A DNA stretch of 46,260 bases from contig CAZIUT010000001.1 in assembly GCA_964542545.1 (NCBI GenBank), forward strand, positions 1 through 46,260, read 5' to 3'. Source of the DNA: an uncultured Dysgonomonadaceae bacterium (GTDB lineage Bacteria; Bacteroidota; Bacteroidia; Bacteroidales; Dysgonomonadaceae). The notes below the pieces were generated by a model. The model made no database searches and was not told the DNA's origin. It saw only the letters and a list, made by a program, of their open reading frames with translations. Both the position numbers and the translations under genes were made by a program. Of this stretch, positions 18,040 through 27,161 are shown piece by piece (position 1 is the stretch's first letter; each line of letters starts with the position of its first letter).

Positions 18040-18519
18040 TTACAATTTATGTATCAGTGCAACTACATAGGCAGATATGCCTTCTTCTCGACCCACAAAG
18101 CCCATCTTCTCAGAGGTTGTAGCTTTTACAGAGACACAGTCGAAATCAATATTTAAAATACTGCTCAATGTTTCTTGCATTTGCGGAATATGTGGGTTTA
18201 GTTTGGGCTGTTCGGCACAAATAGTTGCATCGATATTACCAATTGAGTAGCTTCTGCTTTTCAGAAGATTACTAGTTTGTTTTAGCAATATCTTGCTATC
18301 GATATTATGATAAGCATCATCATTGTCGGGGAAGTTATGTCCAATATCTCTTAGGTTGGCCGCACCTAATAGTGCATCGCAAATGGCATGGATGAGCACA
18401 TCGGCATCTGAATGGCCTACTAGCCCTTCTGGGTGCTCTATTTTGATGCCCCCAATCCAAAGCTCTCTATTGTGTTGAAATCGATGCATGTCATATCCAA
18501 ATCCTACTCTTATGTTCAT
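18040..18519 (-). CDS. ispF: 2-C-methyl-D-erythritol 2,4-cyclodiphosphate synthase
   Basis: 159 aa. RVGFGYDMHRF, GHSDADVLIHAICDALLGA and ATTSEKMGFVGREEGI motifs. Confidence 0.95.
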   Translation of the reverse strand: MNIRVGFGYDMHRFQHNRELWIGGIKIEHPEGLVGHSDADVLIHAICDALLGAANLRDIGHNFPDNDDAYHNIDSKILLKQTSNLLKSRSYSIGNIDATICAEQPKLNPHIPQMQETLSSILNIDFDCVSVKATTSEKMGFVGREEGISAYVVALIHKL

Positions 18520-18601
18520 ATGGTTGATATTTTAGTTATTAACAAAATGAATCGTGCAAATATCTGCTTTCTTTTGGTGATTTTTGTGACCGTTGTTTTT
18601 C

Positions 18602-19216
18602 TCATCTAATATTGAAATCGAGCAGTTTTTTGTTTCCTAAATATCCTTCCAAATGGTCGTCTATTTTCACAGAACCAACTCCGGCAGGTGTGCCTGTGAA
18701 AATAAGATCGCCTATTTTTAATGTGAAGAATTGACTTACATAGGCAATTATTTCGTCAACAGAATAAATCATATTGCGTGTATTCCCTTGTTGTACTTTT
18801 TTTGAGTTGATGTCGAGGTGGAAGTTGATATCTTGAACACTCTTAAATGTTTCTTTAGAGATAAAGCTACCTATAGCAGCTGAGCTGTCGAACCCTTTGG
18901 CTATTTCCCATGGAAGCCCTTTTTCTTTTAGGTTACGCTGTAAGTCGCGTGCAGTGAAATCGATACCTACTGTTAGTTCTGTGTAGTAGCGATGTGCAAA
19001 CTTTTCGTCAATGTTTTTCCCAAGCCGATTGATTTTTACAACCATTTCTGTCTCGTAGTGTATTTCGTTTGAGAAATCGGGAATAAAGAAGGGCTTACCA
19101 TCTTTTAATTGTGCAGACTCGGGTTTCATGAAAACAACAGGCTTGCTGCTCTGAAAAGTTCTTTCCATTTCCACGTTGTGCGACTCGTAATTAAGTCCTA
19201 TTGCTAATATCTTCAT
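18602..19216 (-). CDS. Fumarylacetoacetate hydrolase (FAH) family protein
   Basis: 204 aa. MKILAIGLNY...HYETEMVVKI...FTARD...WEIAKGFD...GDLIFTGTPAGVG is typical of small FAH-family hydratases/isomerases. Confidence 0.85.
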   Translation of the reverse strand: MKILAIGLNYESHNVEMERTFQSSKPVVFMKPESAQLKDGKPFFIPDFSNEIHYETEMVVKINRLGKNIDEKFAHRYYTELTVGIDFTARDLQRNLKEKGLPWEIAKGFDSSAAIGSFISKETFKSVQDINFHLDINSKKVQQGNTRNMIYSVDEIIAYVSQFFTLKIGDLIFTGTPAGVGSVKIDDHLEGYLGNKKLLDFNIR

Positions 19217-19248
19217 AATTTGTGTGTTACTATAAACTAGAGAAGATG

Positions 19249-19908
19249 TTACTTTTTATTGTTGCTAGCGTTTACTGATAAGCGATTGAACATTACAGCT
19301 AAGTGTGCATAAAGAGAAGTGTTTTGCAATACTGTGTGTTCTGGAACTCTAATTCTGAAAGGGGTAAAGTTCCATATTGCACGAATGCCATTTTTAATTG
19401 CAAAGTCTGCAATTTCTTGAGCATTGTCTGGTGGAACTGTAAGTATGGCAATGTCGGCGTTTATTTCTTTATTGTACTCGCCAAAATTATCAATATTATA
19501 GACAGGTATATTGTTAATCTTGCTGCCAATTACATTCTCGTTTACATCAAACCCTGCAAATATTTTCAGTCCAAACTGTTCGAGCCCTGAGTCGCTTAAG
19601 AGCGCTCCTCCTAAGCTGCCAACACCTAGCACGACAGCTTTGTGCTGAGATGTGAATCCAAGAAATTGCTCCAGTACATCTATGAGCACATCTATTTCGT
19701 ATCCTACACGTGTTTTCCCCGACACTTTCACGTAAGATAAATCCTTTGCAATTTGAGTGGAAGAAACATTTATCTTCTTTGCAATTTGTGTAGAAGAAAC
19801 GTGTGTTTGACCTTTTTTCTTTAGCAGTTTTATATAGGACAAATACCACGGTAGTCTTCTTAACGCAGGTTCGGGCACATTCCAATTTGGTATGGAGGAG
19901 CTGGACAT
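19249..19908 (-). CDS. rex: Redox-sensing transcriptional repressor Rex
   Basis: 219 aa. LRRLPWYLSYIKLL, the HTH region ending KDLSY, and Rossmann motif VVLGVGSLGGAL. Confidence 0.88.
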   Translation of the reverse strand: MSSSSIPNWNVPEPALRRLPWYLSYIKLLKKKGQTHVSSTQIAKKINVSSTQIAKDLSYVKVSGKTRVGYEIDVLIDVLEQFLGFTSQHKAVVLGVGSLGGALLSDSGLEQFGLKIFAGFDVNENVIGSKINNIPVYNIDNFGEYNKEINADIAILTVPPDNAQEIADFAIKNGIRAIWNFTPFRIRVPEHTVLQNTSLYAHLAVMFNRLSVNASNNKK

Positions 19909-19948
19909 AATAGGGAACTCTTAATTTTTTTATTTCTTAGTACTGATT

Positions 19949-19956
19949 GCAAAGTT
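19949..19956 (-). promoter_or_regulatory. Bacteroidota -7 box for rex
   Basis: The plus strand reads caaagtta, which is TAACTTTG on the minus strand, 41 nt upstream of the rex start. Confidence 0.45.
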
Positions 19957-20163
19957 ATTGATTTTTGTCGAACTTGATTCTATTAAAAGAAATATTTCTT
20001 TAATTGAATGATTATTGTGACTTACAGTGAGGCCTGTTTTTGCTTTTACTAATATATATCGTTTTCTTTTCTAGCACTGTTTATATATTCTAAGATGCAA
20101 AAACGAAGCTTAGTGAAAAGTGTTTTGTGTAATTATTTTAACTTGAAAACAGCGACGTTTTTT

Positions 20164-20171
20164 TATCTTTG
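20164..20171 (+). promoter_or_regulatory. Bacteroidota -7 box immediately upstream of the UDG-family start codon
   Basis: TATCTTTG matches TAnnTTTG. Only 4 nt separate it from the ATG at 20176. Confidence 0.4.
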
Positions 20172-20175
20172 TATT

Positions 20176-20775
20176 ATGAACAAGACTTTTAATGATAAAA
20201 GAGAAAAACATCCATTGAAACCATTCATCTCGTCTAAAGTGAAAGTAATGATGATTGGAAGTTTCCCCCCTGCTCGCTCCAAATGGAATATGGAGTTTTA
20301 TTATCCCAATTTTCAAAATGATATGTGGCGAATATTTGGATTGGCCTTATTTGACAATAAGGATTACTTTTTGGGAGATGACAAAAAGTCTTTTAACTTA
20401 GCTCTTTTGAAAACTACACTTACTGATAAAGGTATTGGTGTTGGAGACATGGGGCAAGAGGTAATTCGTTTGAAAAATAACGCCTCTGATAAGCACTTAC
20501 AAATAGTGAAATCTTTAAATGTGTCAGATCTTCTTCCTCATATTCCTTTGTGCAATACTTTTATAACAGCTGGCGACAAAGCAACAGAAACATTAAGGCT
20601 TCATTTTTCCGATAAAATAAAACATCCTCCTTCTGGAGGATGTGTATTGTTTCAATATAAAGATCGAGAGTTTAAATTGTATCGTTTGCCGTCGTCATCG
20701 CGTGCCTATCCAATGACATTAGACAAGAAGTCGGAAATGTATAAGCAATGCTTTAAAGATATTGGATTGTTGTAA
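20176..20775 (+). CDS. Uracil-DNA glycosylase superfamily protein
   Basis: HPLKPFISSKVKVMMIGSFPP and LPSSS motifs resemble the UDG-superfamily proteins common in Bacteroidales. Start set at ATG 20176. The longest ORF (20095) adds 27 residues that do not resemble the family. Confidence 0.7.
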   Translation: MNKTFNDKREKHPLKPFISSKVKVMMIGSFPPARSKWNMEFYYPNFQNDMWRIFGLALFDNKDYFLGDDKKSFNLALLKTTLTDKGIGVGDMGQEVIRLKNNASDKHLQIVKSLNVSDLLPHIPLCNTFITAGDKATETLRLHFSDKIKHPPSGGCVLFQYKDREFKLYRLPSSSRAYPMTLDKKSEMYKQCFKDIGLL

Positions 20776-20826
20776 TTTTATATGATAGTAAAGGAGTATT
20801 TAGGGTCTTTACGTTGCAAAAAACTA

Positions 20827-21234
20827 CTACATCATTATCCCTAAATTATTTATAGGAGTTAGCTTTAATATTTTCTGTTTTTTGATAAGTGAAGGTAGTT
20901 TTTTAGTTACAATTTCCTTAAAGTAAGAAGCTTTATTATGAGCATCAAGTGCTACTTCATTTTCGTAACATTCGTACAAGTAAATTGTGTTTGGTTCTTC
21001 ATTGCTCACCAATATATCGTAGGCTATGCAACCTTCTTCATGTTCAATGGTTTGATTTTGCACTTCAGTAAGTAAATCTAATGCAAAGTTCATATTTGCA
21101 GCTTCAAATTGGAACTCTACAAAAAGAGCAACAGGTTCTTCGTTGTTGCTTGATTTCTGTTGTTGAGCAATTAAGTTGTTTGATATAACCATCATGATTG
21201 ATATTGTAATTATGTTTAATATATGTTTGTTCAT
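20827..21234 (-). CDS. ABM (antibiotic biosynthesis monooxygenase-like / quinol monooxygenase-like) domain protein with N-terminal signal peptide
   Basis: 135 aa. Hydrophobic N-terminus MNKHILNIITISIMMVISNNLIAQQ. ABM-like core: EEGCIAYDILVSNEEPNTIYLYECYENEVALDAHNKASYFKE. Confidence 0.65.
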   Translation of the reverse strand: MNKHILNIITISIMMVISNNLIAQQQKSSNNEEPVALFVEFQFEAANMNFALDLLTEVQNQTIEHEEGCIAYDILVSNEEPNTIYLYECYENEVALDAHNKASYFKEIVTKKLPSLIKKQKILKLTPINNLGIMM

Positions 21235-21255
21235 AAGCTGTTTGCTTTTTTGAGA

Positions 21256-22065
21256 TTAATTTAGCGGATGTTTATTGCCTGAAAAATCCTTTAGAACAGA
21301 GCGCATTTCACCCACTTTTAGATTAGTGTAAATTTGAAGAGGTAGTTTATTTTCGTCATTTGTTATCCAAACTCTCATAGCTTCTTCTTGGTCTACAAAA
21401 GCTTTATCAAGTATCATGAGTGAAAGCTCAACTGCTTCATAAGTTTTTCCATTATTGACTTTTAATTTTGAAATTCCCTTGTATCTTATGTACATATTCA
21501 CTAATCGCTTGCCTGTTACAAATTGCACTTGAGTGTTGTCACCTCTTTTCATTTTAGAGAAGTTTAAAGTGCGAGCAAAAGCTAGTATTGATAACATGTC
21601 GTAAGTACAATGCTTGGTATTTATGATTTCATCAAATCTGAACTCTCCATTTTTATACCGTATGGTCCGTATAGTGGTATCACCATCTTTGTACGAATAT
21701 ATATATCGTTCACGGGTGTAATCGCCACCTTCATTAGCTCCTTTTACAAACAGCTGAGGGACCAGTTTTTTATCCATATAGCTTGTAAGGGTGTCATCCA
21801 CTGAAAAGAAGCTTCCTACTATTCCTCTAGTTGAAGCATGAAGTGTTATTTTGTAGGCATCTTTACCATCGTAAGCTGTGGTTTCAGTGTTCAAAGTGGC
21901 TTTACCACCTTTCATATTTAAGATACCATATTTGTAGTATAAATCGTAAGTTAGTTCTTCTCCTGCTTCAAAGGCATTGTTTTTTAATGTCTTTTGTGCA
22001 CTTAGTGAGTAACTAAATAGAGAAATCAACAAAGTAATAACTGTAAGTGTTTTTTTTATTCTCAT
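21256..22065 (-). CDS. DUF3108 domain-containing exported protein
   Basis: 269 aa. Signal peptide MRIKKTLTVITLLISLFSYSLSAQ. FEAGEELTYDLYYKYGILNMKGGKATL resembles the DUF3108 N-terminal signature. Confidence 0.7.
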   Translation of the reverse strand: MRIKKTLTVITLLISLFSYSLSAQKTLKNNAFEAGEELTYDLYYKYGILNMKGGKATLNTETTAYDGKDAYKITLHASTRGIVGSFFSVDDTLTSYMDKKLVPQLFVKGANEGGDYTRERYIYSYKDGDTTIRTIRYKNGEFRFDEIINTKHCTYDMLSILAFARTLNFSKMKRGDNTQVQFVTGKRLVNMYIRYKGISKLKVNNGKTYEAVELSLMILDKAFVDQEEAMRVWITNDENKLPLQIYTNLKVGEMRSVLKDFSGNKHPLN

Positions 22066-22139
22066 TATAATCTATTTTATTCTATTCTAATTTAAAAAGC
22101 AATGAAGAGTTTCAGTAGGTAGTGAGAAGAGTTTATATG

Positions 22140-24092
22140 CTATCTTCTGTTTTGCTGCATTCCTGCTGCATTACCAAGTCCCCTAGATTGACTTGACGAA
22201 CCTTGAGCTCTTCTTTTATCTCTCTCCTCTTCATTTCTATTTCGTTTTTTCTTCTCTTCTGGCTTGTTTTTGGTTATCTCTAGTGGTTTCTGTTTATCAA
22301 AAGTGCGTTCATTCAAATCCCACGACTCTTCGTGATTGGTGAATGCTCTAATCTCATACCACTTTGGATTGTAGTAAACTGTTTCTGGCATCCGTTTGAG
22401 TTTGTAGTCTCCAGTTGTCCACTCACCATCTTCATTTTCATCTATGAAAAGGCGTGCGTAAAGTTTACCAGGGTTTAAATCCATAAACAAAGCTTCGTTG
22501 CCTTTGACAAGTGTTTTCCTAAAAGGTTTATCTTGTGCATCTAGTAGTTCTACATAAGCTGTCTTCCCTATTGGTAAACCGCTAATTATAAACATTAAAT
22601 TGCCGTATTGCTCCAAAGTCTTTACAGTAAACGTTTTTTCTAATGTGTTGTTGTGAAGGCCATACTCGCTAATAAAAGCGGCCGAATCTATTAGCAATTT
22701 GTATTTCTCTCCTGGTTCCCATTTGTGTTTGATTCGATATCTTCTTTCATTTAAAGTATCTGATAATAAAGTGTAATTAATTGGATTGAATATTGAATCA
22801 ACTTCATGTTGAAGTTGTATTTTAGTTGAGTCAAAGTTTGCAAGAGGTTGTTCAAATTCAAGGAATAGGTTATTGTAAATTTCGTGTGATGATTGAATGT
22901 TGTCTCTAATATTAAAATGTCTTATTTTTATTTCCTCTTCTTCACCTTCTCTTTTCTTGTCGGGCTTGCTTTCTTTTGCTCTGCTACCTCTGAGTGTGAA
23001 ACTTAATGTATCTGTGTTTATAACATGATTATTTAATGTATCTGTGCGTAAATAATCAACTTTTAGCTTTACTGTATCGGCTTTGTATATAAGTGAATCG
23101 GTTATCCAAATAGAAACACTGTCGTTGGTAATACTGCTTTCTTTCACATACCATTTGTCGGATACCGTTGTGGGTTTAAGTAATGTAAACTGTACAGCTT
23201 GGGTTGGAGCTGCAAAAAATAGGTCTAGTTTGTGCGGGAGGTTTCTTTCGTGCTTTTGTAAATATTGTCTTTCAAAACCCGACTCGAATGATTTTAATAG
23301 TATGTCATCTGGTGTAAAACGTGTGTACTCTGTGTTGTATATTGTATCAATGGTGAGACTGTCTATAAAAACAGTGTCATTGCGCATAGCAGGCTCGAAA
23401 GAAGGGATAAAAATAGAGTCCAAAAAAGCTATCTCCTCTTGTGGGTTGTCATAACTGTAACTTCGATTTAAATCGGCCAAGGCATAAATTTTATATTCTC
23501 CTTTTGCAATACCCTTGATGGTAAATTTACCACGTGAATCTGTTCTTGATATTCTTTCGAATGGCAAATGGGTAAATGCTGTATCGTTTAAGTTAGAGTG
23601 TACTCCTACATATATACCTTGTGCTGGCTCTAGGTTCTCGGCCTTGAGCACAGTCCCCGATACTGCAAGTGTGTCAATGTGGTCGCCGGTGGAAAAGGAA
23701 TAAGAGAAGTTCTCTAGTGTGTTGCCTTCATTATTATCCACAATTGCATCTGTGAAGTCTATTGTGTAGGTGGTGTTAGGTAGTAGTTCATCTTCTAGCT
23801 CAACAACAGCTTTTCTCCCTTGAGCTTTTATAATGGGGAATTTTTGTTGGGGTGGGGCTATTATTACTTTGTCCATTGGTTTCTCTATCTTGATGTTCTC
23901 ATCAAAAACAATTTCTATTTTTGACTTAGTGTTATTCAAAGCATTGAAATCTGGAGTTGCCTTTACAACTTTTGGTGGATCCACATCGTACAGTCCTCCT
24001 GTAGGAGTTGCAATATTCGCGCAAGCATGGAGTATTAGCAAGCTGCATAAAGAGGCGAGTATTTTGTAAATAAATTTATTACTTAAGCACAT
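22140..24092 (-). CDS. Ig-like (SbsA_Ig/Big_5-type) domain lipoprotein with a highly charged C-terminal tail
   Basis: 650 aa. Lipobox-like LLILHAC. PPKVVKATPDFNALNN...TTYTIDFTDAIVDNNGN-like Ig domain. The last ~50 aa are rich in K/R/E/Q. Confidence 0.65.
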   Translation of the reverse strand: MCLSNKFIYKILASLCSLLILHACANIATPTGGLYDVDPPKVVKATPDFNALNNTKSKIEIVFDENIKIEKPMDKVIIAPPQQKFPIIKAQGRKAVVELEDELLPNTTYTIDFTDAIVDNNEGNTLENFSYSFSTGDHIDTLAVSGTVLKAENLEPAQGIYVGVHSNLNDTAFTHLPFERISRTDSRGKFTIKGIAKGEYKIYALADLNRSYSYDNPQEEIAFLDSIFIPSFEPAMRNDTVFIDSLTIDTIYNTEYTRFTPDDILLKSFESGFERQYLQKHERNLPHKLDLFFAAPTQAVQFTLLKPTTVSDKWYVKESSITNDSVSIWITDSLIYKADTVKLKVDYLRTDTLNNHVINTDTLSFTLRGSRAKESKPDKKREGEEEEIKIRHFNIRDNIQSSHEIYNNLFLEFEQPLANFDSTKIQLQHEVDSIFNPINYTLLSDTLNERRYRIKHKWEPGEKYKLLIDSAAFISEYGLHNNTLEKTFTVKTLEQYGNLMFIISGLPIGKTAYVELLDAQDKPFRKTLVKGNEALFMDLNPGKLYARLFIDENEDGEWTTGDYKLKRMPETVYYNPKWYEIRAFTNHEESWDLNERTFDKQKPLEITKNKPEEKKKRNRNEEERDKRRAQGSSSQSRGLGNAAGMQQNRR

Positions 24093-24134
24093 AGTTGAAA
24101 TATGAATTAAATGAATTGAAAATTATTCATCATA

Positions 24135-24142
24135 CAAAAATA
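24135..24142 (-). promoter_or_regulatory. Bacteroidota -7 box for the Ig-like lipoprotein gene
   Basis: The plus strand reads caaaaata, which is TATTTTTG on the minus strand, 43 nt upstream of the start at 24092. A second identical match is at 24177-24184. Confidence 0.4.
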
Positions 24143-24210
24143 CAACGATTTAGATAGTATTGTAAGAAAAGGGAGACAAAAATAAGTAAAACGTCTGTTT
24201 TATTATTTTT

Positions 24211-25500
24211 TTAAAGTTTCTCTATGTTGCCTGAAAGTATTTGATAGCCGATCTTACAGTACAAGCATTTGTGGTGGTCACAATATTCTTTTCTTAGTTG
24301 TATAAGGGCTTGTGTGTCGGCGGCATTAATAGGATTAATGCCATGTTTCTTAAATTCAGTGATGATGTTATTTCTTTCTGGTTTCAACTCTTCTAGTATT
24401 GCTAATGCTTGAATACAGTATTTCTCAATATTGTTCTTCTTGCCATATGCAAATAGTATAGGTGCAACTGTGTTAATAAGTATTGTGTTGATGGATGAGT
24501 CTCCTGGGAATCTTGTTTTCTCTTTAGACAATTTTCCAAAGGTGTAGTGAGTTTGCCAGTATTCTGACGCATTGATATGGAAAAATAGGCGTAGAAGATT
24601 CAAATCTTCTTTTTCTAAAACTTGAGAAAACAATCGTTTCGATTGTTGTAAAACAGCTGCTAATTGTGCAATACGTACTTGAGGAAATCCTTGTGGACGT
24701 ACTCTTAATGACTTGAATAGGACCCTATCTAAATTATTGAGCGTGTATTTTTTTCTTAGAAATTGGTATTCTTTCTTTAACTGAATAAAGTAGTCGTCAA
24801 GAAGTGTGTCAGTTTCAAGAAGTCCGGCTTGGCCAAACAAAAGGGCTTCTACTTGAAAAATACTATCACTGTGCTTTTGGATGTAAAAATAAGGGAGGCT
24901 TAAAGCTAAACGCTCAAAAATATCAGAGTTTAAACCAAATCCAAAATTTCTTGATAGGAGTACGTAGAATGTCTCGTCCCAAGAGTTGTTGAATTTATCT
25001 AACAGCGTGTATATATCATTAGTTTTTCTTTCAAGCCTTTCAATAAGCAAAGTGTAAATCCAATTGTTTACATGAATTTTGGGAATACTCCTCAACCTTT
25101 TAGTACACGGTATAGTGAGGTTTGATGTCAAAAGCTCTGTGTAGTTGCTTGCAACTGTATTGGGTATTTCAATAGTTATTTGTGGTATTTTTCTTTCATC
25201 TTGTGTATATACATCGCAATCTAAATTCTCTACTACGTGTAGTATTACTGAGTTGTAGGCCGAGTCGGTGTGATGTTTATGTTTTTTCCAATCAGAAGAA
25301 GATTTGTGAATCTCTATGTTCCCTGCCCATGTTTTATCACCTATCTTTATTTTCGAGTTAAAGAAGTCAGGTCCAGCATTACTATTCAACATGCCAGCAT
25401 CTAAAACCTCAACTTCATCTCCGTCCGATAAGATGAAGGTAGAATTGTTGTAAAGCTTATATTTCCAAATGTAATGAAGTAGTTGTTCAGGATAATTCAC
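24211..25500 (-). CDS. DUF2851 family protein
   Basis: 429 aa. EQLLHYIWKYKLY...VLDAGMLNSNAGPDFFNSKIKIGDKTWAGNIEIH...DW..H.H is the characteristic DUF2851 N-terminus. C-terminal CxxHxCxxC-like motif (CDHHKCLYC). Apparent GTG start. Confidence 0.8.
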   Translation of the reverse strand: MNYPEQLLHYIWKYKLYNNSTFILSDGDEVEVLDAGMLNSNAGPDFFNSKIKIGDKTWAGNIEIHKSSSDWKKHKHHTDSAYNSVILHVVENLDCDVYTQDERKIPQITIEIPNTVASNYTELLTSNLTIPCTKRLRSIPKIHVNNWIYTLLIERLERKTNDIYTLLDKFNNSWDETFYVLLSRNFGFGLNSDIFERLALSLPYFYIQKHSDSIFQVEALLFGQAGLLETDTLLDDYFIQLKKEYQFLRKKYTLNNLDRVLFKSLRVRPQGFPQVRIAQLAAVLQQSKRLFSQVLEKEDLNLLRLFFHINASEYWQTHYTFGKLSKEKTRFPGDSSINTILINTVAPILFAYGKKNNIEKYCIQALAILEELKPERNNIITEFKKHGINPINAADTQALIQLRKEYCDHHKCLYCKIGYQILSGNIEKL

Positions 25501-25620
25501 AGCATTTATATTTATACCGTCAAATATATAACTTTCTTTTTTAATTGCAAAAAATAACTAAACATTTAGGGCTCGGTATCTGTTTTGGAGGCAGATGCAG
25601 TTTTATTCATTCACTTTGTG

Positions 25621-25628
25621 TAAATTTG
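25621..25628 (+). promoter_or_regulatory. Bacteroidota -7 box for the UPF0597 gene
   Basis: TAAATTTG, 48 nt upstream of the ATG at 25676. Confidence 0.5.
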
Positions 25629-25675
25629 TAGTTATCTGAAATATAAGATCAACCACTTTAAATAACAAAGCACCT

Positions 25676-26956
25676 ATGCTGTCTTTAACAGAACGTAAAG
25701 CAATTAAGCACTTAATGGAACAGGAGATTGTTCCAGCAATAGGATGTACTGAACCTATTGCAGTTTCTTTGTGTGTTTCAAAAGCTACAGAATTATTAGA
25801 GCATAGACCAGAAAGAATAGATGTTTTTTTAAGTTCAAATGTTATTAAAAACGCTATGGGTGTTGGAATTCCAGGTACTAAAATGATTGGTCTCCCCATA
25901 GCAATTGCTTTAGGGGCTTTGATTGGTAAATCGGATCTTGGGCTTGAAGTGTTGCGTGATTTTGACTCAGAGGATTTAGCTCAGGCAAAGCAGTATATTA
26001 AGGAAGATAGGATAAACATTGCTGTAAAAGAGAATATAACCCACAATCTCTATATAGAGATTGTGGGTTATGCTAAGGGAAGTATGGTAAAAACTATTAT
26101 AAGTGGAGCCCATACTTTTTTTTCATACATAGAAAAAGATGGACAGGTTTTGTTCTCAAAGGAATTTGAGGAGCTAGATACGAATGACGTTATAGTTTCA
26201 TTAAATATGAGAAAGGTTTATGACTTTGCTCATGAAACACCAATTGAAGACCTGAATTTTATTCATGCTGCAGCAAAAATGAATAAAATTGTATCAGAAG
26301 AAGCCCAAAATGATATTTACGGGCACAATGTATCTCAGATATTAGGTGGCAAAATGGGGTTTTCTGTGTTTGGTAATAATCCACACTCAAAGATGCTTAT
26401 AGCTACTTCTGGAGCATGTGATGTGCGCATGGATGGAGCTAAATTGGCTGTGATGAGTAATTCGGGAAGTGGCAATCAAGGTATTGCTTCCACCTTACCT
26501 ATTCTTTCTTACGCAGAAGAAATAGGAGCTGATGAGCAAACTCTTATACGTGCTTTGGTATTAAGTAACTTAGCAGTCATTTATATAAAACAACATTTGG
26601 GCAGATTATCTGCTCTTTGTGGTTGTGTAGTAGCCTCTACTGGTTCAAGCTGTGGAATTACTTATCTAATGGGAGGTACTTATGAGCAGATTACTTTTGC
26701 AACCAAAAATATGATTGGCAACATTACTGGTATGATTTGCGATGGTGCTAAACCTAGTTGTTCACTTAAAATTACAAGTGGTACTTCTACTGCATTGCTT
26801 TCTGCTCTTATGGCAATAGAAAAAGGAGTAATTAGTGAGCAGGAAGGAATTGTTGACGAAGATGTAGATCAAACAATTCGGAATATGGCCAGAATTGGAA
26901 AAGAGGGTATGCTTGAAACTGATAAAGTAGTACTTGATATAATGACCAGTAAATAA
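25676..26956 (+). CDS. UPF0597 / L-cysteine desulfidase family protein (serine dehydratase alpha-like)
   Basis: 426 aa. EIVPAIGCTEPIAVSL, MSNSGSGNQG and MICDGAKPSCSLK motifs are typical of the UPF0597/YhaM family. Confidence 0.82.
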   Translation: MLSLTERKAIKHLMEQEIVPAIGCTEPIAVSLCVSKATELLEHRPERIDVFLSSNVIKNAMGVGIPGTKMIGLPIAIALGALIGKSDLGLEVLRDFDSEDLAQAKQYIKEDRINIAVKENITHNLYIEIVGYAKGSMVKTIISGAHTFFSYIEKDGQVLFSKEFEELDTNDVIVSLNMRKVYDFAHETPIEDLNFIHAAAKMNKIVSEEAQNDIYGHNVSQILGGKMGFSVFGNNPHSKMLIATSGACDVRMDGAKLAVMSNSGSGNQGIASTLPILSYAEEIGADEQTLIRALVLSNLAVIYIKQHLGRLSALCGCVVASTGSSCGITYLMGGTYEQITFATKNMIGNITGMICDGAKPSCSLKITSGTSTALLSALMAIEKGVISEQEGIVDEDVDQTIRNMARIGKEGMLETDKVVLDIMTSK

Positions 26957-26989
26957 TAAGAACTTTTTTAATTGTAAGCAGTTAAATTT

Positions 26990-27017
26990 AAAGCATTTTC
27001 TTTGATTAATGCTTTTT
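26990..27017 (+). terminator. Weak AT-rich hairpin plus T tract after the UPF0597 gene
   Basis: aaagcatt (26990-26997) pairs with aatgcttt (27008-27015), followed by additional Ts. It lies 34 nt after the stop. Confidence 0.4.
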
Positions 27018-27161
27018 ACAATGTGTAGATAAGCAAATTGTTTGAAGAATAGATTGCAAGCTTGATGTGTGTGATACATTTTTTGATTTCAATAAATATA
27101 ATCCGCAATCCTTTTTGAAAATACTCTTATTGTAGACATTGAAAATAAATAGAAATATATA

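Noticed and set aside
19547-19885. 112-aa minus-strand ORF in an alternative frame of rex
   Set aside because: It is an out-of-frame overlap with the well-supported Rex frame. It is Cys/Arg-rich and has no family resemblance.
25603-25899. 98-aa minus-strand ORF overlapping the promoter and start of the UPF0597 gene
   Set aside because: It is antisense to a strongly supported gene and to that gene's -7 box, and has no motif.
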